Source of the DNA: an uncultured Thermococci archaeon | GTDB lineage: Archaea; Methanobacteriota_B; Thermococci; Methanofastidiosales; B48-G16 | NCBI GenBank assembly: GCA_964595645.1 | Contig: CAZQQT010000006.1 | Coordinates: forward strand, 97,115-161,114 | Reading direction: 5' to 3' | DNA length: 64,000 nucleotides | Part shown: one piece after another, positions 40,119 to 50,284 of the stretch | Position numbering within the stretch: the stretch's first letter is position 1 | How the letters are laid out: every line of letters begins with the position of its first letter | The notes under the pieces: model-generated | Databases searched by the model: none | Seen by the model: the letters and a program-made list of their open reading frames with translations, nothing else | What the model was told of the DNA's origin: nothing | Program-made: the position numbers and the translations under genes

Positions 40119-40897
40119 ACGATATAAAACATAAAATAATGGTAATGAGCGGAAAAGGAGGTGTCGGGAAGACAACGGTCGCGGTAAACGTAGCGTTGGC
40201 TCTCTCGATGGAAGGACACAGGGTCGGACTGCTGGATGCTGATATCCACGGTCCGAATATACCAAAGATGCTCGGAATTGAGGATGAGAAACCAGGAGCT
40301 GCAGATGAAGATACTATTGTACCAGTCTCTGTTCACAATATAAAGGTCATTTCAATGGCTTTCTTGCTTCCAAACAAAGATTCTCCGATAATATGGAGGG
40401 GACCGATGAAAATGAAGGTACTCTCTCAGTTTGTCAACGACGTCAGCTGGGGCGAGCTGGATTATCTCGTCATCGACCTCCCCCCAGGCACAGGAGACGA
40501 GCCGCTGAGCATTGCACAACTGCTGCAGTCGGACGGTGCGGTAGTTGTTACTACGCCCCAGGATGTTGCACTGTTGGACTCCCGAAAGACGGTGAACTTC
40601 GCGAGAAAACTAGACACCCCATTGATCGGTATTGTGGAAAATATGTCGGGATTTGTCTGCCCACACTGTGGAACAACGATAGATCTGTTTCGAAAGGGAG
40701 GAGGAAAAAAGGCATCCGAGGAGATGAAAGTACCATTCCTGGGTAGCATCCCAATAGATGAAGAGATCGTTATATCCAGTGATAGTGGGATACCTTTCAT
40801 GTTAGAAGATGACAGTTCAAAGACAAAAAGAGCATTTAGAAATGTAATTTCCGAAATTGAAGATTTTTTTAAAAAAACTAATAAGGAGGTGAAATAA
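40115..40897 (+). CDS. Mrp/NBP35 Fe-S cluster carrier ATPase
   Basis: [36 protein letters not shown]. Confidence 0.95.
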   Translation: MNDIKHKIMVMSGKGGVGKTTVAVNVALALSMEGHRVGLLDADIHGPNIPKMLGIEDEKPGAADEDTIVPVSVHNIKVISMAFLLPNKDSPIIWRGPMKMKVLSQFVNDVSWGELDYLVIDLPPGTGDEPLSIAQLLQSDGAVVVTTPQDVALLDSRKTVNFARKLDTPLIGIVENMSGFVCPHCGTTIDLFRKGGGKKASEEMKVPFLGSIPIDEEIVISSDSGIPFMLEDDSSKTKRAFRNVISEIEDFFKKTNKEVK

Positions 40898-41128
40898 ATG
40901 CCAGGATTTGACGGAACAGGACCAGCGGGAATGGGGTCTATGACTGGAAGAGGAATGGGGTTCTGTGCGATGCCCGTTTCTCAAACTTCGAATGTACAGC
41001 CACAAGTTCCGGTATATAGACCTACTCCCCCAGTAGCCCAATATACACGACCACGATTCTTCCCGGGAAGAGGGAGAGGAGGAGGTCGTGGATTCCGCGG
41101 TGGAAGACGCGGAAGAGGAAGATGGTAA
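40898..41128 (+). CDS. DUF5320-like Gly/Arg-rich protein
   Basis: MPGFDGTGP.G.G.MTGRG.G.C and an RGG-rich tail. Confidence 0.85.
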   Translation: MPGFDGTGPAGMGSMTGRGMGFCAMPVSQTSNVQPQVPVYRPTPPVAQYTRPRFFPGRGRGGGRGFRGGRRGRGRW

Positions 41129-41154
41129 TAGATCAATAGAACCATAATGAAGAG

Positions 41155-41472
41155 GTGAATAATATGAGGAATAGATGGATGTATCATATGACAGGACTGC
41201 CCGGATGGATGCGTTTCGGCTTCAGTCCGGGATGGGTTGGACGATCCCCCAGTGGACTGCCACCGGCTGCACAGTACTTAATGCAGACCGAACAAACGCA
41301 ACAGTTCATGGATTTCATGGGAGCACCTCAAACACCCCTTTACCAAGGGAGTCCTATGAGTACCCAACCAATGACAAAGGAACAGGAAATCGTAATGCTT
41401 GAGGATCAAATGGAAATGATAGAACAACAGTTAGAACAGATTAAAAAAAGATTGGATGAACTTAAAACATAA
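41155..41472 (+). CDS. DUF5320-related protein with C-terminal coiled coil
   Basis: Y..TGLPGWMRFG.SPGWVGRSP.GLPP; KEQE..MLE.Q...IEQQLEQIKKRL.EL. Confidence 0.8.
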   Translation: MNNMRNRWMYHMTGLPGWMRFGFSPGWVGRSPSGLPPAAQYLMQTEQTQQFMDFMGAPQTPLYQGSPMSTQPMTKEQEIVMLEDQMEMIEQQLEQIKKRLDELKT

Positions 41473-41484
41473 GGAGGTGAAAAT

Positions 41485-42087
41485 ATGAAGATCGCCGTTG
41501 CAACAATGAATGGAGGACTTGACGATAACGTCGCTCCAATATTTGGAAGATGTAAGACCTATACTTTTGTTGAAGTAAAAGAAGAGGAGATTAAGGATTC
41601 ACACGTTGAACAAAACGAATTTGCCGATGCAACAGGTGGTGCCGGCATTCAGGCGGCACAACTTATTGCTAGGAAGGGTGCAGAGGCCATCATCGCAGGA
41701 AACTTTGGTCCTAACGCCAGCACAGTGCTTTCCCAAGCAGGAGTCAAGATGATCCCGGCACAGGGAACTGTGAAGGATGTGGCCATAGAGTACGCCAAGG
41801 GATCACTCGCTCCGCAGACCTCCCAGAACACTCCCGGAATGCAGGGAATGCAGCAAGGGATGGGCGGAGGCATGAGACGTATGAGCCCTGGTATGGGACG
41901 CGGCATGGGGAGAGGTATGGGCATGCGATCCCAACAGCCTACTCAGCAGCCCATGGGACAGCCCAGACCATCCACATCTGGAATGTCGAAGGAACAGCAA
42001 ATGACAATGCTCGAAAATCAGGTGAGAAGAATAGAGCAGCAATTAGAACAAATAAAAAAGAGCATAAAAGAATTAAAAAATAAATAA
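41485..42087 (+). CDS. NifB/NifX-family protein with Gly/Met-rich linker and coiled-coil tail
   Basis: MKIAVA, FGRC..Y, GGAGIQAAQ, G.FGPNA. Confidence 0.9.
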   Translation: MKIAVATMNGGLDDNVAPIFGRCKTYTFVEVKEEEIKDSHVEQNEFADATGGAGIQAAQLIARKGAEAIIAGNFGPNASTVLSQAGVKMIPAQGTVKDVAIEYAKGSLAPQTSQNTPGMQGMQQGMGGGMRRMSPGMGRGMGRGMGMRSQQPTQQPMGQPRPSTSGMSKEQQMTMLENQVRRIEQQLEQIKKSIKELKNK

Positions 42088-42098
42088 GGTGTTTTCAG

Positions 42099-42551
42099 TT
42101 GGAAAATACAACAAAAAGCATTGAAGACTATCTTAAAACAATATACATCCTTGTGAAAGAAAAAGGAGTTGCAAAAACGTTAGAAATCTCTTCAATGCTG
42201 AATGTTCGGCCACCGAGTGTCTCAGAAATGATACAAAAAATGAGTGAACAGGGACTTGTCTCGCATAAAAAGTACAGAGGTATCACGCTCACAAAGAAGG
42301 GAGAGAGACTGGCAAAAGAGATGTATACGAGAAATGAGACCCTTGTGGATTTCCTCAAGATCATTGGAGTGGACGAAGAGATAGCCAAAGAGGATGCGTG
42401 CAGAATGGAACATGATTTGGATCCAATGACGATGGAATATCTTACCCAGTTCGTTGAGTTCGTCCAGACATCTCCACGGAATCCACGGTGGCTAGAACAT
42501 TTTCGATACTATATCAAAACAGGCACTCATAAAAAATGTAGGAGGTTATAA
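42099..42551 (+). CDS. DtxR/MntR-family metal-dependent regulator
   Basis: EDYLKTIY, PPSVSEM..K, Y.GI.LT..G, DACRMEH. Confidence 0.92.
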   Translation: MENTTKSIEDYLKTIYILVKEKGVAKTLEISSMLNVRPPSVSEMIQKMSEQGLVSHKKYRGITLTKKGERLAKEMYTRNETLVDFLKIIGVDEEIAKEDACRMEHDLDPMTMEYLTQFVEFVQTSPRNPRWLEHFRYYIKTGTHKKCRRL

Positions 42552-42552
42552 C

Positions 42553-42756
42553 ATGGGAAGTCAATCCAGTGGAAGAGGCCAAGGAAAGGGCCAAGGTGCT
42601 GGAAGAGGAAGGAAAGGAGGACAAGCCATGGGGCCCGGCGGAGAATGTGTCTGTCCTCAGTGTGGACAGAGCGCAGAACACCAGCGGGGTACCCCATGCT
42701 ATAATATGAAATGTCCTCAATGTGGAGCACAGATGATACGGAGGAGAACAGAATGA
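42553..42756 (+). CDS. Small Gly-rich Zn-ribbon-like protein
   Basis: GPGGECVCPQCG...H.RG.PC...CPQCG.M.R. Confidence 0.82.
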   Translation: MGSQSSGRGQGKGQGAGRGRKGGQAMGPGGECVCPQCGQSAEHQRGTPCYNMKCPQCGAQMIRRRTE

Positions 42757-43121
42757 AAATAGGAGTTCCCGTAATAGAAAAAAATGGATACAATGCAGCA
42801 ATTGGAGAGCATTTTGGCAGAGTACCGTACTTCGCCATTGTAGACATAGAACAGAATAACGTTCAGTTCATCGAGAATACGAGTGAACATCGCGGAGGAA
42901 GGGGTCTCCCCCCTGAGCTTTTACGGAATCACGATGTCGACGTGATGGTATGTAAAAATCTCGGAAGGAAGGCGATCCACCTCTTTGAACAGTTCGGCGT
43001 AGAGGTGTATGTCGGTGCTACAGGAACGGTGAAGGACGCTGTAGAGAAATTTGCGAACGATCAACTGCAAGAGGCCACCGATAAAAACGCATGTAGAGAA
43101 CATAAGTACCACGGGAAATAA
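42753..43121 (+). CDS. NifB/NifX-family protein
   Basis: MKIGVP, EHFGR.PYF, LG.KA...F...GV.V. Confidence 0.9.
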   Translation: MKIGVPVIEKNGYNAAIGEHFGRVPYFAIVDIEQNNVQFIENTSEHRGGRGLPPELLRNHDVDVMVCKNLGRKAIHLFEQFGVEVYVGATGTVKDAVEKFANDQLQEATDKNACREHKYHGK

Positions 43122-43182
43122 CGATCTTGGCACTGAGATTCCAGTCTTCTGGGATCCCTTTCTTTATCACATGGAGAAATGT

Positions 43183-43992
43183 ATGAAAATCGCAGTTACC
43201 TCAGGAAAAGGAGGCACTGGAAAAACAACAGTCGCAGTAAACCTAGCGCTGTCCCTCGAGAACGTTGAACTGCTGGACTGTGACGTCGAGGAGCCGAACT
43301 GCAATATCTTTCTAAAAAAGGAAGTACATCATGAAGAAGATGTATCCATAGACGTGCCCGTTGTAGATATGAACCGATGTGATTACTGTGGAAAGTGTGC
43401 AGAGTTTTGTGAGTACAATGCACTTGCCGTGATGGAAGGAAATGTGATGGTGTTCAATGAGCTGTGTCACGGCTGTGGGGGGTGTGAGCTCGTGTGCCCG
43501 AAAGATGCAATCACCTATGCTCTTCGAAAAATAGGAGAGATCTCGGGAGATCACAATTTTCACCAAGGTGAGCTGAACGTAGGAGAGGCTATGGCAACAC
43601 CGGTGGTGGCCGCGGTAAAAAGAAAGGCTTCTCCTAAAAACACAGTAATTATCGATACACCGCCCGGATCTGCCTGCCCCGTCATTGAAGCAATCCATGG
43701 ATCGGATTACTGTATTCTCGTTGCAGAACCGACGCCCTTTGGTCTGAGTAATCTCACAATTACCGTTGAACTTGTGAAAACACTGGGCATTCCCTTTGGT
43801 GTTATCATCAATAGAGATGGTATCGGCAACAAAGGAGTCGAAGAATACTGTAAGAGGAACGAGATCCCACTGCTGATGAAAATTCCAGAGAATAGAAGAA
43901 TTGCAGAGCTTTACTCTGAAGGCATTCCCTTTGTACAGGAAATGTCAGAGTGGAAAGAAAAATTCAAAGATCTCTACGAGGCGGTACGATGA
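43183..43992 (+). CDS. MinD-superfamily P-loop ATPase with inserted 2x4Fe-4S domain
   Basis: SGKGGTGKT, DCDVEEPN, CDYCGKC...C, CHGCGGC...CP, D.PPGSACP, EPTPFG. Confidence 0.92.
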   Translation: MKIAVTSGKGGTGKTTVAVNLALSLENVELLDCDVEEPNCNIFLKKEVHHEEDVSIDVPVVDMNRCDYCGKCAEFCEYNALAVMEGNVMVFNELCHGCGGCELVCPKDAITYALRKIGEISGDHNFHQGELNVGEAMATPVVAAVKRKASPKNTVIIDTPPGSACPVIEAIHGSDYCILVAEPTPFGLSNLTITVELVKTLGIPFGVIINRDGIGNKGVEEYCKRNEIPLLMKIPENRRIAELYSEGIPFVQEMSEWKEKFKDLYEAVR

Positions 43993-44840
43993 AACAGGTA
44001 ACGGTCATCAGTGGGAAGGGAGGCACAGGAAAAACCTCGCTCATCGGTGGATTTGCAGCATTAGCACAGAACGCTGTGATTGCAGACTGTGATGTTGATG
44101 CACCAAACCTTCATCTGCTTCTAGATCCGAAAACGCAGGAGAAAAAGAAGTTCATAGGATTGAAAGAAGCTGTGATTGACGAAGAAAAGTGTATTAAATG
44201 CAAAAAATGTTACGAAACCTGCAAGTTCCACGCGATACGTGAAAATCTCACAGTGGATAGCCTTCAGTGCGAGGGCTGTGGCGTCTGTGCGTATGTGTGC
44301 CCTGTAGACGCGGTAACACTCCGAAAACGAGACTCCGGTGTAGTGTACACAGGCAAGACACGGTTCGGTCCCATGGTTCACGCCCAGTTAACGATAGGAG
44401 AAGAGGCCTCAGGAAAATTAGTGACAATGGTGAGAAACACGGCAAAAGAAGTAGCAGAAAAAACAGGGAGAGATCTCATTCTCATCGATGGATCTCCTGG
44501 GATTGGATGCCCTGTTATCGCATCACTCACAGGTACGGATCTCGTGCTGATCGTCACCGAGCCCACGCTCTCTGGAATTCACGATCTCGAACGGGTCTAC
44601 GGTGTAGCAGTGCACTTTGGAATTCCCGCTGTTGTCTGCATCAACAAGTATGATATCAACGAACAAAACACGGCAAAGATTGAGCAGATCTGTAGGGGTA
44701 ATGGAATCGATCTTGTGGGAAAGGTACCATACGATCCAAGTTTTACCGCTGCGATGATCGGAGAAAAAACGATCATCGAGTACAACAACAATGCAACAGT
44801 ACGAAAGATGTGGAAGAAGATCCAAGAGAAACTACTGTGA
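43989..44840 (+). CDS. MinD-superfamily P-loop ATPase with inserted 2x4Fe-4S domain (paralogue)
   Basis: SGKGGTGKT, DCDVDAPNL, CIKCKKC...C, CEGCGVC...CP, SGKLV, DGSPGIGCP. Confidence 0.92.
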   Translation: MKQVTVISGKGGTGKTSLIGGFAALAQNAVIADCDVDAPNLHLLLDPKTQEKKKFIGLKEAVIDEEKCIKCKKCYETCKFHAIRENLTVDSLQCEGCGVCAYVCPVDAVTLRKRDSGVVYTGKTRFGPMVHAQLTIGEEASGKLVTMVRNTAKEVAEKTGRDLILIDGSPGIGCPVIASLTGTDLVLIVTEPTLSGIHDLERVYGVAVHFGIPAVVCINKYDINEQNTAKIEQICRGNGIDLVGKVPYDPSFTAAMIGEKTIIEYNNNATVRKMWKKIQEKLL

Positions 44841-45000
44841 CCGATACTCCTCTATCAATACTGTAAAATTTTATTTTTGATAATATTTTTCCCTTATTTC
44901 TTTTTTATAATTATAAAACAATTTTTTTCTTGATAAAAAACCTATTTCTTTGTCTTGATATGTTTAAAGAATCTTTGTTGTATCATTGTACAACTGACCT

Positions 45001-45019
45001 ACCGAAAAGTTTTTATATC
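45001..45019 (+). promoter_or_regulatory. BRE/TATA promoter of the thermosome gene
   Basis: ACCGAAAAG-TTTTTATAT about 45 nt upstream of ATG; GAGGTGA RBS. Confidence 0.6.
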
Positions 45020-45063
45020 ACCTGTAGTCTACTGTTTTTACATAAAAATCATGAGGTGATAAA

Positions 45064-46683
45064 ATGGTAAAAGGAATGAGTTATCCAGCACAAATAATGG
45101 ATGAAGGAACGCAGAGATACTTGGGAAGAGATGCACAGAGAATGAACATCTTAGCCGGCAGAATTGTCGCGGAGATAGTAAAAACAACGCTAGGGCCACG
45201 AGGAATGGACAAAATGCTCGTGGACTCGTTGGGTGATGTCGTGATTACCAACGACGGAGCAACAATTCTCGATGAGATGGACATCGCCCACCCCGCCGCC
45301 AAGATGTTGGTCGAGGTTGCAAAAACACAGGATGATGAGGTAGGAGACGGTACAACAACGGCTGTGGTACTGGCCGGTGAGCTCCTGAAAAATGCGCAGT
45401 CGCTCTTGGAGCAGAACGTCCACCCAACAATCATCGCATCGGGGTACAAAATCGCTGCCGAAGAGGCGGAGAAGATACTGGAAGAAATTGCCACAAAGGT
45501 AGATCCAAGAGATGAAGCGATACTGACCCAGGCCGCCGAGACGGCAATGACAGGGAAGGGAGCTGAAAAAGCGAAGGACACGCTTTCCGTACTGGCTGTT
45601 CAGGCGGTAAAGCAGATAGCAGAGAAGGAAAATGGAAAGTACTTTGTCGATACCGATGATATAAAAGTTGAGAAAAAGGAAGGAGGAAGTGTAGAGGAGT
45701 CAACACTTGTGCAGGGAATTATCATCGACAAAGAAAAGGTTCACTCCGATATGCCGCGGAAGATAAAGGACGCAAAGATAGCACTATTAGATTCTGCGAT
45801 GGAAATCAGAAAAACAGAGACAGATGCAGAGATACGAATTACCTCGCCGGATCAGCTGCAGGCGTTCATCGACGAAGAAGAGCGAGGTCTCAAAAAGATG
45901 GTCGATGGGATCGCAAACAAAGGCGTCAATGTCATCTTCTGTCAGAAGGGAATCGATGATCTTGTTCAGCACTACCTCGCGAAGAAGGGAGTCTTCGCAG
46001 TCCGACGGGTGAAGGATTCTGATATGAAAAGACTCGCTAAGGCCACGGATGCAAAGGTAGTGACCAAAATGGAGGATCTCTCAACAGAGGATCTTGGATA
46101 CGCAGGCGTCGTTGAGGAGAAAAAAGTGGGTAAGGACAATATGACCTTTGTTGAAGGCTGTGAAAACCCAAAGGCTGTCTCACTTCTCCTGAGAGGGGGT
46201 ACGGAACACTTCGTGGACTCCGCAGAACGTGCACTTGAAGACGCAATCGGTGTGGTAGCCACAATCCTCAAGGACGAAACGATCGTTGCAGGCGGCGGTG
46301 CCACTGAGATTGAAGTGGGAAAGAAGCTCTCGAACTTTGCCCCTACAATAGGGGGAAGAGAACAGCTGGCAATAAAAGCCTTCGCCGAGGCCATGGATGT
46401 CATCCCTAGAACACTCGCAGAGAACGCAGGTATCGATCCTATTGATATCCTTGTGAAGCTACGGTCTTCCCATGAAAAGGACGGAAAAAACATGGGGCTG
46501 AACGTATTTGACGCTGAAGCTGAAGATATGATGAAAGCGGGAATTGTAGAACCACTGAGAATCAAATTGCAGGCAATAAAATCTTCATCTGAAGCTGCGA
46601 TTATGATTATGCGAATCGACGACGTAATTGCTGCAAGTGAGCTCAAGAGCAAAGGTGGAGAAGAAGAACTACCAGAATATTAA
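45064..46683 (+). CDS. Thermosome subunit (group II chaperonin)
   Basis: [39 protein letters not shown]. Confidence 0.97.
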   Translation: MVKGMSYPAQIMDEGTQRYLGRDAQRMNILAGRIVAEIVKTTLGPRGMDKMLVDSLGDVVITNDGATILDEMDIAHPAAKMLVEVAKTQDDEVGDGTTTAVVLAGELLKNAQSLLEQNVHPTIIASGYKIAAEEAEKILEEIATKVDPRDEAILTQAAETAMTGKGAEKAKDTLSVLAVQAVKQIAEKENGKYFVDTDDIKVEKKEGGSVEESTLVQGIIIDKEKVHSDMPRKIKDAKIALLDSAMEIRKTETDAEIRITSPDQLQAFIDEEERGLKKMVDGIANKGVNVIFCQKGIDDLVQHYLAKKGVFAVRRVKDSDMKRLAKATDAKVVTKMEDLSTEDLGYAGVVEEKKVGKDNMTFVEGCENPKAVSLLLRGGTEHFVDSAERALEDAIGVVATILKDETIVAGGGATEIEVGKKLSNFAPTIGGREQLAIKAFAEAMDVIPRTLAENAGIDPIDILVKLRSSHEKDGKNMGLNVFDAEAEDMMKAGIVEPLRIKLQAIKSSSEAAIMIMRIDDVIAASELKSKGGEEELPEY

Positions 46684-46687
46684 TAAG

Positions 46688-46709
46688 TCTCTCTTCTCTT
46701 TCTTTTTTA
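46688..46709 (+). terminator. Archaeal oligo-T / pyrimidine-rich terminator candidate
   Basis: TCTCTCTTCTCTTTCTTTTTTA immediately after the thermosome stop codon. Confidence 0.4.
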
Positions 46710-46710
46710 T

Positions 46711-47745
46711 ATGGGCTCTGTAATTGCTATCCTCAACAAATCGATTGTAATCACTATTTTCGTATTCGTGATGCTCCTGCTGGTGGATTACATCAATGTC
46801 TCTACCAGGGGAAAAATGGAAAAATTGGTACGTGGGGGGAGAAATCGTCAGTACCTCACCGCGTCATTCCTCGGATTCCTTCCGGGGTGTCTGGGCTCGT
46901 TTATGAATGTCTCGTTTTACGTTCACGGATTGTTATCCTTCGGTGCAATTGTAGGAGGCATGATCGCAACTTCTGGCGACGAGGCATTTGTGATGCTGGC
47001 ACTTTTTCCAAAAAAGGCACTCCTCCTTTTTGGAATCCTCGCACTAGTGGGAGTAGGAGGTGCGTGGATAGCAGATAAAATCGCATCATATTTTCACATC
47101 GTTCCATGTGTAGAGTGTGATCTCCAGAAGATCCACAAGGCAGAAGTGGATCGTCACTTTCAGCTCCAGATGGTCAAAAAATTCCCTCAATTATCGCCTG
47201 TGCGGTACGTGTTGTTATCGTTTTTTGTAGGGATTATTGTACTGAATCTCACAGGTGTATGGGGGCCACAAGCCTGGTCCTGGGATGAACCGGAGAGGAT
47301 AATTCTCCTCTCGCTCTCCGGTATAATGGTGTTCATCACGGCGACGGTCTCAAAACACTACCTGACAGACCACGTCTGGAATCATATTGTAAAGGAGCAT
47401 CTCTGGAAAATAGTTCTATGGACATTTTTCGCCATGCTGTTTGTTGATATTGGTCTTCAGCACTGGGACCTAGAGACCTTCGTGATGTCACATATGGGGG
47501 TTGTGCTCCTGATCGGTGCGATTGTTGGAATGATCCCGGAATCCGGTCCGCATATGGTCTTCGTGATGATGTACGCCAACGGACTCATCCCCTTCTCGAT
47601 ACTGCTCACCAGCTCCATCGTACAGGACGGCCATGGGATGCTCCCTCTCCTTTCCTACACGGTGAGAGATTCAATCTTGATAAAAATTTTTAATTTAATA
47701 TTCGCGCTCTGCATCGGGATTGTACTTTACTCAATTGGATTATAG
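46711..47745 (+). CDS. Putative 10-TM heavy-metal (Mn) exporter
   Basis: LG.LPGC.G, ATSGDEAF, IPESGPH, QDGHG.LPL. Confidence 0.8.
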   Translation: MGSVIAILNKSIVITIFVFVMLLLVDYINVSTRGKMEKLVRGGRNRQYLTASFLGFLPGCLGSFMNVSFYVHGLLSFGAIVGGMIATSGDEAFVMLALFPKKALLLFGILALVGVGGAWIADKIASYFHIVPCVECDLQKIHKAEVDRHFQLQMVKKFPQLSPVRYVLLSFFVGIIVLNLTGVWGPQAWSWDEPERIILLSLSGIMVFITATVSKHYLTDHVWNHIVKEHLWKIVLWTFFAMLFVDIGLQHWDLETFVMSHMGVVLLIGAIVGMIPESGPHMVFVMMYANGLIPFSILLTSSIVQDGHGMLPLLSYTVRDSILIKIFNLIFALCIGIVLYSIGL

Positions 47746-48147
47746 ATCGGTAGATGACGTCAGGACCAATTTCCCGTGTTTTACTCCTTTTGTTGCGATG
47801 AGTGTGTTGGCAAATTTCCTCACTGTATCTGCCTCCCCCTCAACGACAATGACCTCTAGGCAGGTGTGTTCATCTACATGCACGTGCATCGTTGAAGAAA
47901 CCTCACTGAAATGATGGTGCTGGAGGTTCGTTAACTTCTCCATGACACCGCGCACATCGTGATCGTAGAGGATGGTAAGTGTTCCGATAACTCTTCCTTC
48001 GTCCTGGTGCTCCGTGATAAGACGATCCCGTATCATATCACGGATTGCCTCTGATCGATTCGCGTATCCTTTCTCATCGATGATTTCATCGAATTTTTCA
48101 AGGAGATGCGGAGGAATGGATATCCCAAACCGTACCATTTTTTCCAT
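47740..48147 (-). CDS. nikR: Nickel-responsive regulator NikR
   Basis: RHH domain RFGISI...NRSEAIRD; metal site QH...MHVH.....CLEV. Confidence 0.95.
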   Translation of the reverse strand: MEKMVRFGISIPPHLLEKFDEIIDEKGYANRSEAIRDMIRDRLITEHQDEGRVIGTLTILYDHDVRGVMEKLTNLQHHHFSEVSSTMHVHVDEHTCLEVIVVEGEADTVRKFANTLIATKGVKHGKLVLTSSTDL

Positions 48148-48213
48148 GTGCCATAAAGAACGGAGAGATATTTATAGGTTTCGTGATCTTTTTATAGGGA
48201 AAGTATATAAATA

Positions 48214-48240
48214 GTAGCACGATTATAAAATTTGTGATAC
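48214..48240. promoter_or_regulatory. Putative NikR operator
   Basis: GTAGCAC-N13-GTGATAC (27-bp pseudo-palindrome) between the TATATAAA box and the ATG of the divergent operon. Confidence 0.65.
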
Positions 48241-48241
48241 C

Positions 48242-48643
48242 ATGAATGGACAACTTGAAAGAGCAGCTGAGTTCCACGGACATCTTGGACCGTATCTTGT
48301 TCTCGGGATGAAGATGGGAGATCTGGCACGAAAAACGTTGCACGCCAATCCCTTTGAGCTCCGCGCAGAAATCCATACGGAATCAAAAACACCCAAATCC
48401 TGTATACTAGACGGTGTACAGTTCACCTCGGGATGCACCCTCGGAAAACGAAATATTGAACTCAAGAAAGACGGTAAGATCATGGGTGTATTTTTTAAAG
48501 ATGAGAGAAAGTTTGTAGTGTCAATTAGGGAAGAGATCATTGAAAAGATAGGAAAAACCTCCGATATAGAACAATACGCACAAAAATTATTTGAGATGAG
48601 CAACGAGGAGCTTTTTGAGTATGATACGCCTGAAAAATGTTGA
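48242..48643 (+). CDS. FmdE-family protein
   Basis: FHGHLGP..VLG, SC.LDGVQ..SGCTLGK.N. Confidence 0.9.
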   Translation: MNGQLERAAEFHGHLGPYLVLGMKMGDLARKTLHANPFELRAEIHTESKTPKSCILDGVQFTSGCTLGKRNIELKKDGKIMGVFFKDERKFVVSIREEIIEKIGKTSDIEQYAQKLFEMSNEELFEYDTPEKC

Positions 48644-49310
48644 AACAATCTACGAAGGAGACAAAACACCAGTGATCAAAGACATAGATCTAGAGATCGG
48701 TGAAGGTGAGTTCATCACGATAATTGGACCGAATGGTGTGGGAAAAACCACACTACTCGAAGCAATCAACGGTTTGTTGGAGTCTGAAGGAGAAGTTACC
48801 GTTTTCAGGAAGGATGTCGGGAAACACGGCACTGAAATACGAAAAAATATAGGATACGTCCCCCAGGAATTTGCCTGGGACAGTCTTACACCGTTTCTCG
48901 TACAGGATGTGGTAATGATGGGACGATACGGAAAGATCGGACTCTTCAGATCCCCTTCCCGACAGGATCGCGAGATAGTAATGGATACACTGGAATTTCT
49001 GGGTATTACCGAGCTTACAAAAAAACCGATAGGAAAACTCTCTGGGGGGCAACTTCAGAAGGTAATGATCGCCCGGGCAATGGCCCAACAGCCGAAGATA
49101 CTCCTGCTGGATGAACCATTCTCAAATCTGGATCTAGACTCCCGAACTGAGATCTCACAGAAAATCGCTCATTTGAATCAGCGGGGTGTTGTCGTCATCA
49201 TGGTCCTTCATGAAATTGCCTCGATCCCCCCTCAATGTGATAGGATTCTCAAAATGAAGGACGGGACAATTGTGATGGACGATAACCCTAAGACAGTGCT
49301 GGGGGGATAG
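48621..49310 (+). CDS. Metal ABC transporter ATPase (ZnuC-like)
   Basis: GPNGVGKTT, GYVPQ, LSGGQ, LLLDEP, H-loop. Confidence 0.92.
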   Translation: MIRLKNVETIYEGDKTPVIKDIDLEIGEGEFITIIGPNGVGKTTLLEAINGLLESEGEVTVFRKDVGKHGTEIRKNIGYVPQEFAWDSLTPFLVQDVVMMGRYGKIGLFRSPSRQDREIVMDTLEFLGITELTKKPIGKLSGGQLQKVMIARAMAQQPKILLLDEPFSNLDLDSRTEISQKIAHLNQRGVVVIMVLHEIASIPPQCDRILKMKDGTIVMDDNPKTVLGG

Positions 49311-49311
49311 A

Positions 49312-50118
49312 ATGCTTCCCTCGAACCTCATTCTTTTTGCAGTCATGGGTGCACTTCTCGTGGGGATATCGTGTTCTCTGGTGGGATCCTTCGTTGTGCG
49401 GATGAACCTTTCCTCGCTGGGATTCTGCATGTCGCATGCTGCCTTCGCCGGTGCAGCCCTGGGATTAGTTCTCTCGTTCAATCCCCTTGCCATAGCAATC
49501 CTCTTCTCTGTACTGGTCGCTCTTATCCTTGGTCCCATTGCCGAGAAGGCAAAATTAGACACAAACGTGGTAATAGGGATCCTTTTCTCCCTCACCATCT
49601 CACTCGGTCTCATCTTCCTGAATTTCACGCCGGGAACTGCCATGAGCTCCTCTGCGTTAAGCCTTCTCTGGGGAAGTATCTTTGGCATTACAGGTGTGGA
49701 TGTCCTCCGACTTGCAGTCATCGCTGCTGTTATTATTCTCGTGGTTATACTGTTCTTCAAGGAGTTCCAGGCGATTATGTTCTCGCGGAAAATGGCAGAG
49801 GCCTCTGGTATCAACACAGAACCCTTCTACTACCTTATCCTTTTCCTCACGGGAATTACCGTTGCTCTCTCCTTAAAACTCGTGGGTGGGCTCCTCGTCT
49901 TCGCGCTCATCGTGAATCCCACCTCCTCCGCGTATCAGTTCTCCTACGATATGAAGAAAATCATGATATTCTCTCCCCTCATTGGCGTGTGCTGCTGTCT
50001 CCTCGGCATCGTACTTTCATTCTACCTCGATTTTCCCACCGGTGCATCCATTGCCATTATCTCATCGCTAATTTTTGGCGTTTCTGTCCTGCTGTCTCCG
50101 AAACGAAGAAGGGGATAG
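49312..50118 (+). CDS. Metal ABC transporter permease (ZnuB/ABC-3)
   Basis: SHAAFAG.A.G, L.GSI, VG.LLVFAL...P, PTG..I. Confidence 0.92.
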   Translation: MLPSNLILFAVMGALLVGISCSLVGSFVVRMNLSSLGFCMSHAAFAGAALGLVLSFNPLAIAILFSVLVALILGPIAEKAKLDTNVVIGILFSLTISLGLIFLNFTPGTAMSSSALSLLWGSIFGITGVDVLRLAVIAAVIILVVILFFKEFQAIMFSRKMAEASGINTEPFYYLILFLTGITVALSLKLVGGLLVFALIVNPTSSAYQFSYDMKKIMIFSPLIGVCCCLLGIVLSFYLDFPTGASIAIISSLIFGVSVLLSPKRRRG

Positions 50119-50284
50119 ATCTTTTCTATTTTTTTCATTAGATAACTCTGGATTTCTATTTTCCTTTGAAAGACATAGATATGGGATTCTAGTGCTCAAA
50201 TTAGTTGCCACATAATACTTTCTATTAATATCTTATTATAAGAAAAGACACTCACAATGAAGAAGTAAACAGTCCATTACTTTT

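Noticed and set aside
41830-41960. GGNATG-type short repeats
   Set aside because: Encode the Gly/Met low-complexity linker; no spacer structure, not CRISPR
41485-43121. NifB/NifX-like genes as evidence of nitrogen fixation
   Set aside because: No nifHDK here; the family is widespread in non-diazotrophs
48242-48643. FmdE as evidence of methanogenesis
   Set aside because: No fmd/fwd catalytic subunits; stand-alone FmdE often accompanies metal transporters
49155-50141. Long alternative-frame and antisense ORFs (also 21491-22189, 45972-46652, 59229-59813)
   Set aside because: Overlap well-supported genes and have no motifs or RBS; shadow ORFs
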